Of a DNA stretch of 52,128 nt, positions 36,268 to 48,657 are shown one piece after another (position 1 is the first letter of the stretch; each line of letters begins with the position of its first letter). The stretch spans positions 14,964,261 through 15,016,388 of the forward strand of contig NC_069008.1 of NCBI RefSeq assembly GCF_001194135.2, read 5' to 3'. The position numbers and the translations under genes are program-made. Under the pieces are notes generated by a model, which did no database searches, was not told where the DNA came from, and was given only the letters and a program-made list of their open reading frames with translations. Source of the DNA: Octopus bimaculoides (lineage: Eukaryota).

Positions 36268-36364
36268 GGCGGAGGTAAAGAATACGCACACCACCCGTTT
36301 TCGGCGTAACCTTAACCCTAAATCTATTCTTAAACACCGGGTGTGCGTATTCTTTACTTTCGCC
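36268..36364. mobile_element. 97-bp hairpin MITE with 25-bp TIRs and near-perfect 8-bp TSD in ZNF-B intron 1
   Basis: TIRs GGCGGAGGTAAAGAATACGCACACC / GGTGTGCGTATTCTTTACTTTCGCC. Flanks GCTATTTC / GATATTTC. Removal restores the intronic 52-bp repeat. Confidence 0.8.
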
Positions 36365-36529
36365 GATATTTCTAGCAATGGATGAGAGATGTCTATGATT
36401 TGTGTGAGATTTGGCTGCTATGTCTAGCTATGGAAGCTACCTTCTACACTCCATCGTCGCCGTGTTTGAGAAATATTCTCAAATACATTCCAACCACTGA
36501 AATATATAATGAAATTGTATAGAGTGCTC

Positions 36530-37420
36530 AGGCGCACTGCAACTCTAAAAGCAAAAAAAAAAAAAGGGAGAAACAGGTATACTGTTGGCGAATTTCATGA
36601 CGTATGGAATTTTGAGCGATATAGTGTCTTTTACAGCTAACAGATCCTTGTAGTTTATTTCAAGCTTCAGCAATTCTAAGCATGAAAAAATGTTCCCGAA
36701 AGTCGTGGGTGTTTTGTTGGTTTTTGATTTTGTAAACCTGTCTACGAGTATAAGCTTGTCTACCAAGTCAGTTGCCAAACGTCGAAGTTTTAATGTGTCC
36801 AGAGTATGGTAGGTGCCTGACAGCAGGTATTCGTTTAGTTGCATGTTTCTGAACAGTTTCGAGGAGATTGATATGCTGCTGGATGTACCATAATCATATA
36901 CAGCTTGAAATTGATAGCTGGAGAGCAGCTGACAAAGGTCTTAACTGAGTGATGCTAAGACATCCTCAGCCTTCTGGATAGTCTTAGAGATGTAGCCTGT
37001 CTAATCACAGTAATACCTAGGTCCCATTCACTAACAGACTTCTTAAGATTGGTGTTGTTGAGGGAGTATGTAAAACCTGGGATTTTCTTCCCCAAATTCA
37101 CTTGTCTGCAGCTAGCTTCAGTTGCCAGTTGGTAATCCATTGCTGCATTGTATCCAGGTCTGATTGCAGTAATGATTTGTAGCGCATAGGATCTGTTCTT
37201 TTTATCACGAGGTACAGCTTGATGTCATCTGCATATTTCAACACTGACACTCTTCAGTATATGCAACAAATGGTAGGGGTCCCTGTGGTACACCAGATGT
37301 CATCTCATAGGGCGAAGAATGGTATCCTTGAATTGTGAGCACCTCTTTTCAACCAAGAATGAAGAACTTCAGCCTTTTATAGAGATCATCCTTCACACCC
37401 ATTGTAGATAAGAGAAAGGG
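36530..37420 (-). mobile_element. CR1-clade LINE RT/C-terminal fragment in ZNF-B intron
   Basis: SGVPQG, KYADDIKLY, SEWDLGI, TLKLRRLATDL on the minus strand. Confidence 0.75.
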
Positions 37421-38268
37421 CAGTATTCTTTGTTGGCGGTGCTGCTGGGATCAGATTTAAAATCTCTTCAGAATGATAACATCAGACTTTATGAAGCGGA
37501 ACAGATTTTTCTATATTGGCATGTACTTATGGTTTCATTGCTGGTGACTTCAGCTACCCTGAAATTGATTAGGAAACCCTTTGTTAGCCACAAAGTGCAG
37601 ATGATTTCCTTGACATCTTTGGAGCTAAACAACAATGTCACATTATATTTCAGGAGAGAGAAGAATGTTATTGTCCACTATTTTCTGGTTTAATCTAAAT
37701 AATATTATACAATGTGAAGGTGTAGCTGTGGTTTACAAATATATAAGCTATACACAAGATTCTGTGATGTAAATTTGAATTAATGAAAGTGTTCAATTGT
37801 TCAGGTAAATGTTTATTTCTACAGTTTATTGAAATGTAAATTTTCCATTGTTGAATCTGTATATTTTAAGTAACCTCTATATCTCCACTGTTGTTTCTTT
37901 ATTATTTCAGAATATCAAATGACATTGGGATAAGTGAAGATACATTCTTAATATTTGTCATCTTATAAAGACTAAAAGAAAATTTTATACAGAGCAAATA
38001 TATAAAACTATTTCTTTAAATCTATGGTAGATACTATAGGAAATATTTGCTCTGATCTGAGATTATTAGCAAAAATTCTGAACATCACTGACTGGACTGT
38101 CTACAAAGAGTTTGTGTACTGAGTAAAATTTGGATACATTTACATATAAGTGTTGTTAGAGAAAAGTAACAGTGGACAGAAATGAAGCACTGGAAGTTAT
38201 TATAAGAATAAACTATATGAACAAAAACAAAAAATATATATATACATTGTGATTTGAGAAGAAACATC

Positions 38269-39780
38269 ATGGAAAAGAGTGAGAAAATTATAGAATTGAT
38301 TTCCCATCCCCATGGAAACATGACAGAGAGACAAAATTTGTCATATAATTGTGATGTCTGTAAAAAGTCCTTCTCTCAAAAAAGTAACCTAACTGAACAC
38401 AAATTTATTCATACAAGAGAAAAGCTATATCACTGTGATATCTGTGGTAAGTCTTTCACTCGCAGTATTGACATAACCAGACATAAACGTATTCATACAG
38501 GAGAGATGCCATATTGTTGTGACATCTGTAATAAGTCCTTTTCTCAAAAAAGTAACCTGAATACTCACATACGTAGTCATACAGGGGAGAAGCCATACAT
38601 CTGTGATATCTGTGGTCAGTCATTCTCTCAAAGTTGTAAATTAACTTCACACAGACTTACTCATACAGGAGAGAAGCCACATCACTGTGATATCTGTGAT
38701 AAATCATTCTCTCAAAGTAGTAGCTTAACTAGACACAAATATATTCATATGGGAAAGACACCCCATCACTGTGATATCTGTAATAAATCATTCTCTCAAA
38801 GTAGTCACTTAACTAAACACAAATGTGTTCATTCAGGAGAGAAGCCATTTTATTGTGATGTTTGTGGTAAATCATACACTGTAAGCAGTACTTTAGCTGC
38901 ACACAAACGTATTCATACAGGGGAGAAGCCATATCACTGTGATATCTGTAGCAGGTCATTCACTGAAAGTAGTTCTTTAACAGCACACAAACGTCTGCAT
39001 TCTGGAGAGAAACCGTATCACTGTGATATCTGTGGTAAATCGTTCACTGTAAGTAGTAGATTAACTGAACACAAGCGTACTCATACAGGAGTGAAACCAT
39101 ATCATTGTGATATCTGTGGTAAATCATTCTCTAAGAGTAGTAACTTAACTCCGCACAAACGTATTCATACAGGAGAGAAGCCATATCATTGTGATACTTG
39201 TGGTAGATTATTCAGTGAAAGTAGTGCTTTAACAACACACAAACGTCTTCATTCAGGAGAGAAACCATATCATTGTGATATCTGTGGTAAATCATTCTCT
39301 GACAGTAGCAACTTAACTACACACAAACTTATTCACACTGCAGAGATGCCGTATCACTGTGATATCTGTGGTAAATCATTCCCGAAAAGATATTACTTAA
39401 CTACACACAAACGTATTCATACAGGTGAGAGGCCATATCACTGTGATATCTGTGGTAAATCATTCCATAAAAGGCATCAGTTAACTAAACACAAACGTAT
39501 TCATACAGGAGAGAAGCTATATCATTGTGGTACTTGTGGTAAGTCATTCATGGAAAATAGTGCTTTAACTACACACAAACGTCTTCATTCAGGAGAGAGG
39601 CCATATTATTGTGATATCTGTGGTAAATCATTCTCTCAAAATGGTAACTTAACTATACACAAACGTATTCATACAGGAGAGACACCATATCATTGTGATA
39701 TTTGTGGTAAATCATTCACTGTAAGTTGTTCTTTAACTAGACACAAACGTATTCACATGAGGGAGACCATTTCACTGTGA
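38269..39780 (+). CDS. C2H2 zinc-finger protein ZNF-B, 503 aa, 17 fingers
   Basis: Seventeen C2H2 fingers with (T/S)GEKP-type linkers. Homologous MEKSE start. Acceptor ends at 37910. Confidence 0.95.
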   Translation: MEKSEKIIELISHPHGNMTERQNLSYNCDVCKKSFSQKSNLTEHKFIHTREKLYHCDICGKSFTRSIDITRHKRIHTGEMPYCCDICNKSFSQKSNLNTHIRSHTGEKPYICDICGQSFSQSCKLTSHRLTHTGEKPHHCDICDKSFSQSSSLTRHKYIHMGKTPHHCDICNKSFSQSSHLTKHKCVHSGEKPFYCDVCGKSYTVSSTLAAHKRIHTGEKPYHCDICSRSFTESSSLTAHKRLHSGEKPYHCDICGKSFTVSSRLTEHKRTHTGVKPYHCDICGKSFSKSSNLTPHKRIHTGEKPYHCDTCGRLFSESSALTTHKRLHSGEKPYHCDICGKSFSDSSNLTTHKLIHTAEMPYHCDICGKSFPKRYYLTTHKRIHTGERPYHCDICGKSFHKRHQLTKHKRIHTGEKLYHCGTCGKSFMENSALTTHKRLHSGERPYYCDICGKSFSQNGNLTIHKRIHTGETPYHCDICGKSFTVSCSLTRHKRIHMRETISL

Positions 39781-40539
39781 TGTTGGTACTAAATCATTCT
39801 TGATGGTAGTACTTTGACTTTGCACAAACATATGCAAAAGAGAAGTCCTTGCACTGGTAAATCATCACAGAAAGTAGTAAATTAGCTGCACCCAGACATA
39901 TTTATACAGGAGAGATAGGAAAGGGGGAGTTTGTTTTAGTGTAAGCATTTGTTTTCTTTTCAATATTCCCATGTTTCATGTGATGGATGTTACAACTTTG
40001 AAAATAAAATATTTCCAAAAGTTTCAGTCTTTTTCTCTTTACATTTTCACCCATCACTCTCCTCTACTTCCAAGCCCGTTTTTCTTTCCCATGATGTAGG
40101 GATCTCTATACTAAAACCCCTCTTCCTAGCAACCTTAAACATGGTTCTTTGTTGAATATCACTTCTACAATTTACTGCATACTTATTGTTTATTAATTTC
40201 TAATTGCTTCACTCATTAAATATGTTAGCAATAGCAGAAGTTATTGCTTTTCCATACAGAAGAATGCAGTAAAGTGAAATATGTACTAAAGTAACAACCA
40301 GCAGTAGAAAACAGAAAAGACCACAGAGGAAGAACAATGGGCATATAGTTTAGTGCCCCACAACTGACTATTTCTCTCACAACTTTCTGAAGAATTGTTC
40401 TGTAATTTAAACTTAGCAGAGTCTAGGTTATAATTATCTTATGGAAATTGAGGAAAAAATGTTCAAGGAGATTCTAATCATTCTCAACTCAACCATGATA
40501 CTCTCAGGGTTATAACTCAACTAATTAGGAAGAGAGCTT

Positions 40540-40960
40540 AGATGAGATGCAGTTTTGCTTTGTGCCAAAGAGAAGCATTCATTGAAAAATAAACCTATGT
40601 ACTAGGTATTCTTTGACATGGAGAATGTGCTTGACAGTCCCTGACTACCTTATCTGGTGGTCAGTGTGGAAGCTCAGGATATGAGTGGTTGGTGAGAGCC
40701 ACAGAAATTATGTACAGGGTTGCTATCATTAAACTTAATGTTGGCAATGAGTACAGCAAAAAATTTAATGTACAGATAAGTTAACCAAGGAGTGGTCTTC
40801 AACTTGTACTTATTTATCATTGTCCTCTGGGCCATAACAAGAATTTAAGACTGGTTGCTCCTATTTGATGATGAACTTGTTCTTATACAGCTATAAGAAT
40901 TAGAGAATAAATTTCAGATGTGAAAACAAGGTTTGTATTCAAATGGCCTTAAACTGAATT
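40540..40960 (+). mobile_element. Degraded RTE-clade RT relic downstream of ZNF-B
   Basis: ATGCAGTTTTGCTTTGTGCC... is homologous to the RT relic at 47756. Confidence 0.55.
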
Positions 40961-41089
40961 TACCAAAATCCAGTAGGTAGAAAAGCAGACAAATTACTAA
41001 TTCCTTCCAAGAGATGATAAGTAGAAAAGGTGTTAGCAGAAATTCTGTAGGATGTACCTAATGCAACAACATAGAAACATAAGTAGCTG

Positions 41090-42090
41090 AATTCATCCTT
41101 CCCTGACATAAAAACATTTCTCCAAGTCCTGTGGTATACATGCAGGCCCACACCATGAAATAATCACCCCCACACGTTTTACGGTTGGTACCAGACATTC
41201 AGCCTTAAATGCTTCCCCAACTCTGCGACGCATGAAAGTTGCACCAGATGTAAAAACATGAAAAATAATATTACCTTTATGTTGGATACTTTTTAATTTA
41301 TATATTTTGGGCAACAAACCAGTTACATTAAGTTTATTTGTTGATTGAATACATGTACTATCTTACCTTATAGTTACTTTCATCAGACCATATGACTTTC
41401 GACCATTGCTCACTGGTCCAATTTGAGTGGTTTTTAGCCCACTGAAGACGTTTTTCCATATTCACTTCAGAAACCCATGGTTTCTTCCTGGCTTTACAGC
41501 CTTTAAGACCGTACTCTACAAGCCTTTTAACAGTTCTGACTGATATTTGTGAAGTATTTGCCTCGCTGAAGTCTGCACAGAGCTCTGACGATGTTTTCTC
41601 CTGTTTCTGAGCGACTGACAGATGATAGATCTATCATCTCAAGGTGACGTAACCTTTTTTTATACTTGTTCTTTCTAGTGCCTTCGCATCTTTTGTCTCT
41701 CTGAAACGCTTGAGAGTCGTATGTACCGCACATCGAGAACATTTCGTCTGATGAGCAATTTGCCATCATGATGAGCTGATTTGACCTCGCTCACCTCTCT
41801 TGTTTTAAGCACTTTACTGTTTATTAACTATCTACAACGTATTTTAGCATAAAACCCTGAAATAATCAAGGAAACATAAGTTAATTTTAGACGTTGGTCT
41901 TATTCATAATTGGTTACATATGTCCAGTACAGTATAAAAGCGGTAATTGATGCTAAAGGGGGGATCAGCCAGATATTAACACTAATGTATATTGTGAAAT
42001 ATACCATAATCTACCATGTGCACGCGTTTCATTAACATTGAGAATTTCAAAACATTGGGGTGGCCTAATACTTTAGGCCAAGGCCGTATG
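41090..42090 (-). mobile_element. Tc1-like transposon relic
   Basis: MRRRVGEAFKAECLVPTVK on the minus strand. Plus-strand IKAVIDAKGGSARY* and GTGTGGCCTAATACTTTAGGCC terminal segment, possibly within a long TIR. Confidence 0.6.
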
Positions 42091-42099
42091 TATATATCT

Positions 42100-42456
42100 G
42101 TTGTTGGCACTCCGTCGCTTACGACGTCGAGGGTTCCAGTTGATCCGATCAACGGAACAACCTGCTCGTGAAATTAACGTGCAAGTGGCTGAGCACTCCA
42201 CAGACACGTGTACCCTTAACGTAGTTCTCGGGGATATTCAGTGTGACAAGGCTGGCCCTTTGAAATACAGGCACAACAGAAACCGGAAGTAAGAGTGAGA
42301 GAAAGTTGTGGTGAAAGAGTACAGCAGGGTTCGCCACCATCCCCTACCGGAGCCTCGTGGAGCTTTAGGTGTTTTCGCTTAATAAACACTCACAACGCCC
42401 GGTCTGGGAATCGAAACCGCGAGTCCGCTGCCCTAACCACTGGGACATTGCGCCTC
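42100..42456 (-). mobile_element. SINE family B, full-length
   Basis: Reverse complement of 17660-18033. Confidence 0.88.
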
Positions 42457-42652
42457 CACACACACATATACGTNNNNNNNNNNNNNNNNNNNNNNNNNNN
42501 NNNNNNNNNNNNNNNNNNNNNNNNNNNNNNNNNNNNNNNNNNNNNNNNNAAAGTGTTTAAAAATTCACAACTGCTGTTTCGGCAGCGTTTTATTGATGAA
42601 TACTTCGATCACATCATCATGACAAAAATCTGGAATTTTAAAAAATAATATA

Positions 42653-43091
42653 GGTAATCTTCCAGTTTCGGGAGGTAAAAAAAGTAAATAAAAATACAAG
42701 GGAAATAACTTAACGTCTTACTATCCGTACTACTCTGAAATGTGGGTTTTTTTTTTAGCTGTTTATAAATAAATCACACACGTGATTGAAGTTACCTGTT
42801 TATATATAAATCACACACGCGATTGAATATCATAGTACTGGCTGCACAACAACTTATGATAACGTTCCAGTATAGGGAAATAATGGTCAAACTAAAGCGT
42901 TTGACCCGAGCTCAAAAAAAAAAAAATGTCTAATAGGTGTAAAACAACTTGCTGTGAACGAATATAAAGAAAAAAATGCGCGCTCGCGAACGGGTGGGGT
43001 GAAGAGAGTACGGATAATACTAGTAAGACGTTAAGTTATTTCCCTTGTATTTTTATTTACTTTTTTTACCTCCCGAAACTGGAAGATTACC
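42653..43091. mobile_element. 439-bp MITE, Merlin-like (GG...CC ends, ~72-bp TIRs, 8-bp TSD ATAATATA), ~200 bp upstream of the ZNF-C promoter
   Basis: TIR GGTAATCTTCCAGTTTCGGGAGGTAAAA...GTCTTACTA nearly perfect at both ends. ATAATATA at 42645-42652 and 43092-43099. Confidence 0.88.
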
Positions 43092-43290
43092 ATAATATAT
43101 ATACATGTCTCTGTGTGTGTATTTATATATGTATATCTATATGTCTATGTATTTCCACCCCACCAACATTTGACAAAATGTGTTGGTATGTTCACGTCCC
43201 AGTAAATTATAAGGTCAGCGAGACAGCAGAATTGTGAAAATTAAAGGGAAGTAACAAATGATAGCTACCGTAAACACTACGTATAAAACA

Positions 43291-43434
43291 TGCGCATGTG
43301 CATTAAACGTACTTCCGTATTCATTTAAACGATATTAAATATCTCTTACTTAATTACCACACTTTTAATACATTCAATATACATAATGCTCGCATTTATA
43401 ACAACACTATCCTTAATGAAACATTTCTGTAAGT
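43291..43434 (+). promoter_or_regulatory. ZNF-C promoter/first exon: TGCGCATGTGCA (43291-43302), ACTTCCG (43311-43317), donor GTAAGT at 43429
   Basis: Paralogous to the ZNF-A promoter by direct sequence comparison. Confidence 0.68.
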
Positions 43435-43826
43435 ACTAAACAATGAAACTATTCAATTTTTTTAATATTGAAAGCTTTCGGTTTATGAATGAGAGATGTC
43501 CATTATTTATGCACTATTTGGCTGTCATTTCTAGCTATGGATGAAAGATGTCTATGATTTGTGCAAGATTTGGCTGCTATTTCTAGCTATAGAAGCTACC
43601 TTCTACACTTCACCGTTGCCCCGTTAGTTTGTTGTCTGTTTGAGAAATATTCTCAAATACACTCCAATCACTGAAATGTTCAGAAACCAATACTTTATTG
43701 TAATTTATCGAATGCTTGTTTATTGGTATAGCTACCGATATATGCCCACCCCACTAGAAATTCATTTCCTCATAACTTTCTGAAAAATGGATATAAAAGA
43801 GACAAGAATATTCAATTCAGCCATGA

Positions 43827-43867
<41 letters not shown>

Positions 43868-44034
43868 NNNNNNNNNNNNNNNNNNNNNNNNNNNNNNNNN
43901 NNNNNNNNNNNNNNNNNNNNNNNNNNNNNNNNNNNNNNNNNNNNNNNNNNNNNNNNNNNNNNNNNNNNNNNNNNNNNNNNNNNNNNNNNNNNNNNNNNNN
44001 NNNNNNNNNNNNNNNNNNNNNNNNNNNNNNNNNN

Positions 44035-44073
<39 letters not shown>

Positions 44074-44770
44074 ATGGGCTTCTTTCAGCTTCTGCCCACC
44101 ACATCCACTCACAAGGCTTTGGTCGGCCTGAGGTTATTGTACAAGACACTTGCCCAGGGTGACATGCAGTGGGGCTGATCCATGCAAACATAGAAAGTTG
44201 GATAGTTAAACGAGGATGATGTTCTGTATAAGAAGTCCCTGCTAAGAAAAATCCCTGCATAAATGAAATCTAATTAAGTAATTATTATGATTTGAAAAGC
44301 TAGTTTTCCATATTTGCCGTTTCCATGCAGACAAAATTCATAGAAGGAGAATTTTTATGGTCAGATACCCTTCCTGTTTCCAAGCAAAGTAATATTTCCC
44401 CGTGTCTGAACATATTTCCACGGAAGATTAGGCACAAGCATGACTGTGTGGTAAGAAATTTGCTTCCCAACCACATGGTTCTGGATTTAATGCCATTGTG
44501 TGGTACCCTGGGCAAGTGTCCTCTACTATGGTCTCAGGCTGATCAAATACTTCCTGTTTCCTAGCAAAGTAATATTTCCAAACATGTTAATGTCCATTGA
44601 AATATATCGTGTGATGTGAAAAGAAGACACTCACGGCAATCTTCTTTCAGTTTCCATCTTCCAAATCCACTCAAATGGTTTGGGTTGCACTGGTGCTATG
44701 GTAGAAATATTTGCACTTTGGTACTGAACCTGAAATCACATGGTTGGGAATGAAACTTCTTAACTACTGC
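44035..44770. mobile_element. Three degraded SINE family A fragments in ZNF-C intron 1 (44035-44175 -, 44432-44545 +, 44625-44770 -)
   Basis: Recognisable CCACTCACAAGGCTTTGGTCGG and CTTCCCAACCACATGGTTC segments. Confidence 0.65.
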
Positions 44771-45703
44771 CAGGCCAGTTGTAATTTTTTTTTTCCTCAT
44801 TCAGTTTCCTTTCTTCATTCATCAATGTTTATTCTTCTTTTTTAATTGTAATAAAATTGTTGGACCTGGTAAAAAAACATTTTTCTTCATAGTTCTGTAT
44901 GTGGTCACACGACCTACTAGAAATAACAGCACATCTCCCTTAAATATCACTTTTTGGTCATAAATATTGAAGACTGTATTGGATGATGTAGGCCTAGAGA
45001 TACAATACTACAGAGGAAAGGATGTTCATGGATGGAATGTCTTTAATCATAATTTTACCCGGAGTTTCTTCAGGGCTAGACAACAATACCAAATTATATT
45101 TCAGGAGAGAAAATAATATTATTGACATCCATTTTGTAGTTTAATCTAAATAATATTACACAATGTGAAGGCATAACTGTGTTTTACAAAGATGTAAGCT
45201 ACACAGAAAATTTTGTGATGTAAATTTTAATACATTAAAAAGTTTAGTCGTTCAGGTAAATGTTTGTTTCTAAAGGTTATCTCTATAGTAATGTAAATTA
45301 TCCACTGTTGAATTTATATTCTTAAAGTAGCCTCTATATCTTAAACCGATGTTTCTTTCTTTATTTCAGGATATCATATGACATTGGCATAACAGAAGAA
45401 ACATACTGAATATTTAACTTTATTTAAAGACCAAATGAATATGCTATACATGGCACATGTTTAAAACTGTTACTAGAAATCTATGGTAGAAGTTCTTATC
45501 TGATATTATTGAAAACTTTCTGTACATCTCTGACTGAAGTGTCGAGAAGATGAATTTACATAAGTGTTGCTAGAGAAAGGTAACATCATTATCCTCATCA
45601 TCATTATCGGACAGAAATACAGCAGTGGAAGTATTTATAAGATTATATGATAGGTACAAAAACAAGGAAAGTATTTATATATTGTGATTTGAGAACATTA
45701 ATA

Positions 45704-46972
45704 ATGGAAAAGAATGAGAAGCTTAAAGAATTGATTTCCCATGAAGACATGATAAAAGAGAGACGTAAATTGTCATATGAATGTGATGTCTGTGGTAAAT
45801 TATTCACTCACAATAGTCACTTAACAGAACACAAACGTATTCATACAGGAGAAAAACCATATCATTGTGATATCTGTGGTAAATCATTCTCTCGAAAAAG
45901 TCACTTAGTTGTGCACAAACGTGTTCATACAGGAGAGAGACCATATCATTGTGATATCTGTGGTAAATCCTTCATTGATGGTAGTGCTTTAACTCAACAC
46001 AAACGTCTTCATTCAGGAGAGAAACCATATCATTGTGATATATGTGGTAAATCACTTGCTGATAGTAGTAGCTTAACTGCACACAAACGTATACACACAG
46101 GAGAGAAACCATACCATTGTGATATTTGTGGTAAATCAGTCTCTGACAGTAGTAGCTTAACTTCACACATACGTATTCATACAGGAGAAAGACCATATCA
46201 TTGTGATATCTGTGGTAAATCATTCACTGTTAGTAGTACTTTAACTAAACACAAACGTCTTCATACAGGAGAAAAGCCATATCATTGTGATATCTGTGAC
46301 AAATCATTCACTGTTGGTTGTGCTTTAACTCAACACAAACGTCTTCATTCAGGAGAGAAACCATATCATTGTGATATCTGTGGTAAATCATTCTCTGGCT
46401 ATAGTCACTTATCTTTACACACGCGTATTCATACAGGAGAGAAGCCATATCATTGTGATATCTGTGGTAAATCGTTCACTGTTGGAAGTACTTTAACTAG
46501 ACACAAACGTATTCATTCAGGAGAGAGACCATATCACTGCGATATTTGTGGTAAATCATTTTCTGACAGTAGTAACTTAACTGCACACAAATATATTCAT
46601 GCAAGAGAGAAGATATATCATTGTGATATTTGTGGGAAATCATTCTCTAAGAGTAGTGAGATAACTGCACACAAACGTCTTCATTCTGGAGAGACACTAT
46701 ATGACTGTGATATCTGTGGTAAATCCTTCACTAAAAATGATAGCTTAATTAGACATAAACGTATTCATACTGGAGAGAAGCCATATTGTTGCAATGTCTG
46801 TGGTAATTCATTCTCTGATCGTAGTCATTTAACTAGACATGTGCGTCTTCATTCAGGAGAGAAACCATATCATTGTGATATCTGTGGCAAATCATTCTCT
46901 CAAAATAGTAACTTAACTAAACACAAACATATTCATACAGGAGAGATTCCATATCAAAGTGATGCCTACTAA
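45704..46972 (+). CDS. C2H2 zinc-finger protein ZNF-C, 422 aa (441 aa if upstream in-frame ATG 45647 is used), 14 fingers
   Basis: Fourteen C2H2 fingers. MEKNE start homologous to paralogues. Acceptor ends at 45369. Confidence 0.95.
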   Translation: MEKNEKLKELISHEDMIKERRKLSYECDVCGKLFTHNSHLTEHKRIHTGEKPYHCDICGKSFSRKSHLVVHKRVHTGERPYHCDICGKSFIDGSALTQHKRLHSGEKPYHCDICGKSLADSSSLTAHKRIHTGEKPYHCDICGKSVSDSSSLTSHIRIHTGERPYHCDICGKSFTVSSTLTKHKRLHTGEKPYHCDICDKSFTVGCALTQHKRLHSGEKPYHCDICGKSFSGYSHLSLHTRIHTGEKPYHCDICGKSFTVGSTLTRHKRIHSGERPYHCDICGKSFSDSSNLTAHKYIHAREKIYHCDICGKSFSKSSEITAHKRLHSGETLYDCDICGKSFTKNDSLIRHKRIHTGEKPYCCNVCGNSFSDRSHLTRHVRLHSGEKPYHCDICGKSFSQNSNLTKHKHIHTGEIPYQSDAY

Positions 46973-47749
46973 ATCATTGACCATCATGCCTTGACTTCAC
47001 ACAAATGAATTCATACAAAGGTGAAGCCATTTCACTGATAAATCATTTGCTGAAAATAGTAAATTAACTGCACACAAATGTATTCATACAGGGGAGAAAG
47101 GAAAAGGCTAGGTTATATAGGTTCTTTTGTTAACTTACTTTTTCTTTTTAATGTTCCTGTTTCATGTAATGGACATCACAACACAGAAAATAATGTTTCT
47201 CCAAAGATCTCAGCTTTTTTTCCTTCCTTTCTTTTCAAATTTTTTCTCAGCTCCATCAGTTGCTTCTATTTCTGTTTCATTTCCCATGATGTAGGAACCT
47301 TTATATTGAAATTCCTCCTAGCAACCCTACACCTGGCTCTTTGTTGAATATCACTTCCCTAATTTACTGTATATTTATTCATTATTAAATTTCAAATACT
47401 TCTTAAATGTGTTAACAGCTACGTGTATTAGGGGTTTCTTAAACACAGAAATGCAGCAAAATTGTCAAATATATAAATAAACAATGACCTCCAGTACAAA
47501 ATGGAAGACACCACAAAAGCATGGAACACAACTATGGTTTAGGGCCCCACAACGGACTGTTTTCTCTTAACTTTCTGAAGAATTGTTTTTTAAATTAAAC
47601 TTAGCAGATTTAAGTTTTCAAGGGTCTAGCTTACAATTATCTTAATAAAATTGATGAAAACAGTTTTCCAAGAAGATTGAGATCCTTCTGAACTCTACCC
47701 TGCTTTTGTCAGTATCGTATCCCATGTAATTAGGAAGAGAGTTGACCTA

Positions 47750-48450
47750 GAGGCAATGCAGTTTTGTTTTGTACCTGGAAGAAGCACTACTAATGCTATC
47801 TTCCTAGTAAGGCAACTGCTGGAGAATTTAGTGACTGATAAACCTCTGTACTTGGCTTTTGTCAACCTGGAGAAAGCTTTTGACAGAGTTCCTCACTCCC
47901 TTATCTCTTATTTATCTTTGTTTTTCAGGTCATTACAGAGAAATTTAAGGCCGGATGCCCTTGGGAGCTCCTCTATGTCAGTGACCTTTTTTTATAGCTA
48001 ACTGTTTGTTTGAGTTAGAGAATAGATTAGAAATGAAGACAGAACATCTGGAATCCAAATGCCTTGGAGTTAATTTAGCAAAGACCAAAGTCCTAGTAAG
48101 TAGGAAAGCAGACAAATTCCTAATCCCTTCAAGGAGATGGCCTTGATTGAAAAAGTAGTCTTTGAGTGTGGCAAATGTGCAAGTATAATAAACACTAAGA
48201 ATGTACAGGAAGTAGACTTCCTCAAATGTCTAGGGTATCTTTACAAGTAGTAGCTTGTGTTACCTATGCAACCAAGTTGGAAATGGAAGAGAATGTTCCT
48301 ACAATAAGAACCAACGTGGCAAAGTTTGGAGAGCTATTACTTTTTTTGGTAGCAAAAGGCCTCTCTCTCAGAGTTAAAGGCAGATTATATAATGCCTGTG
48401 TATGGCCAGCTATGCTCTATGGCAGCAAGACATGGACTGCCATGTATATT
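47750..48450 (+). mobile_element. RTE-clade LINE RT relic downstream of ZNF-C
   Basis: QFCFVPGRSTTNAIFLVRQL...LYLAFVNLEKAFDRVP and KGLSLRVKGRLYNACV.PAMLYGSKTW. Confidence 0.8.
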
Positions 48451-48657
48451 ATATTTCTGTCATAATTTGTATTTATGCACATCACTGCTTATTGCATTCA
48501 TTCCATATTTTATTTAGTGAGCCACTATCTAGTGCAATCAATCATAATATAATGATGGAAAGGTAAGAGAGGCAGCCATTTTATGTTAGCAAATTTTGTG
48601 GACGATATTGAACCTGAATAATTCAAAATAACGTGAACGAATAAGTATTACATTTGA

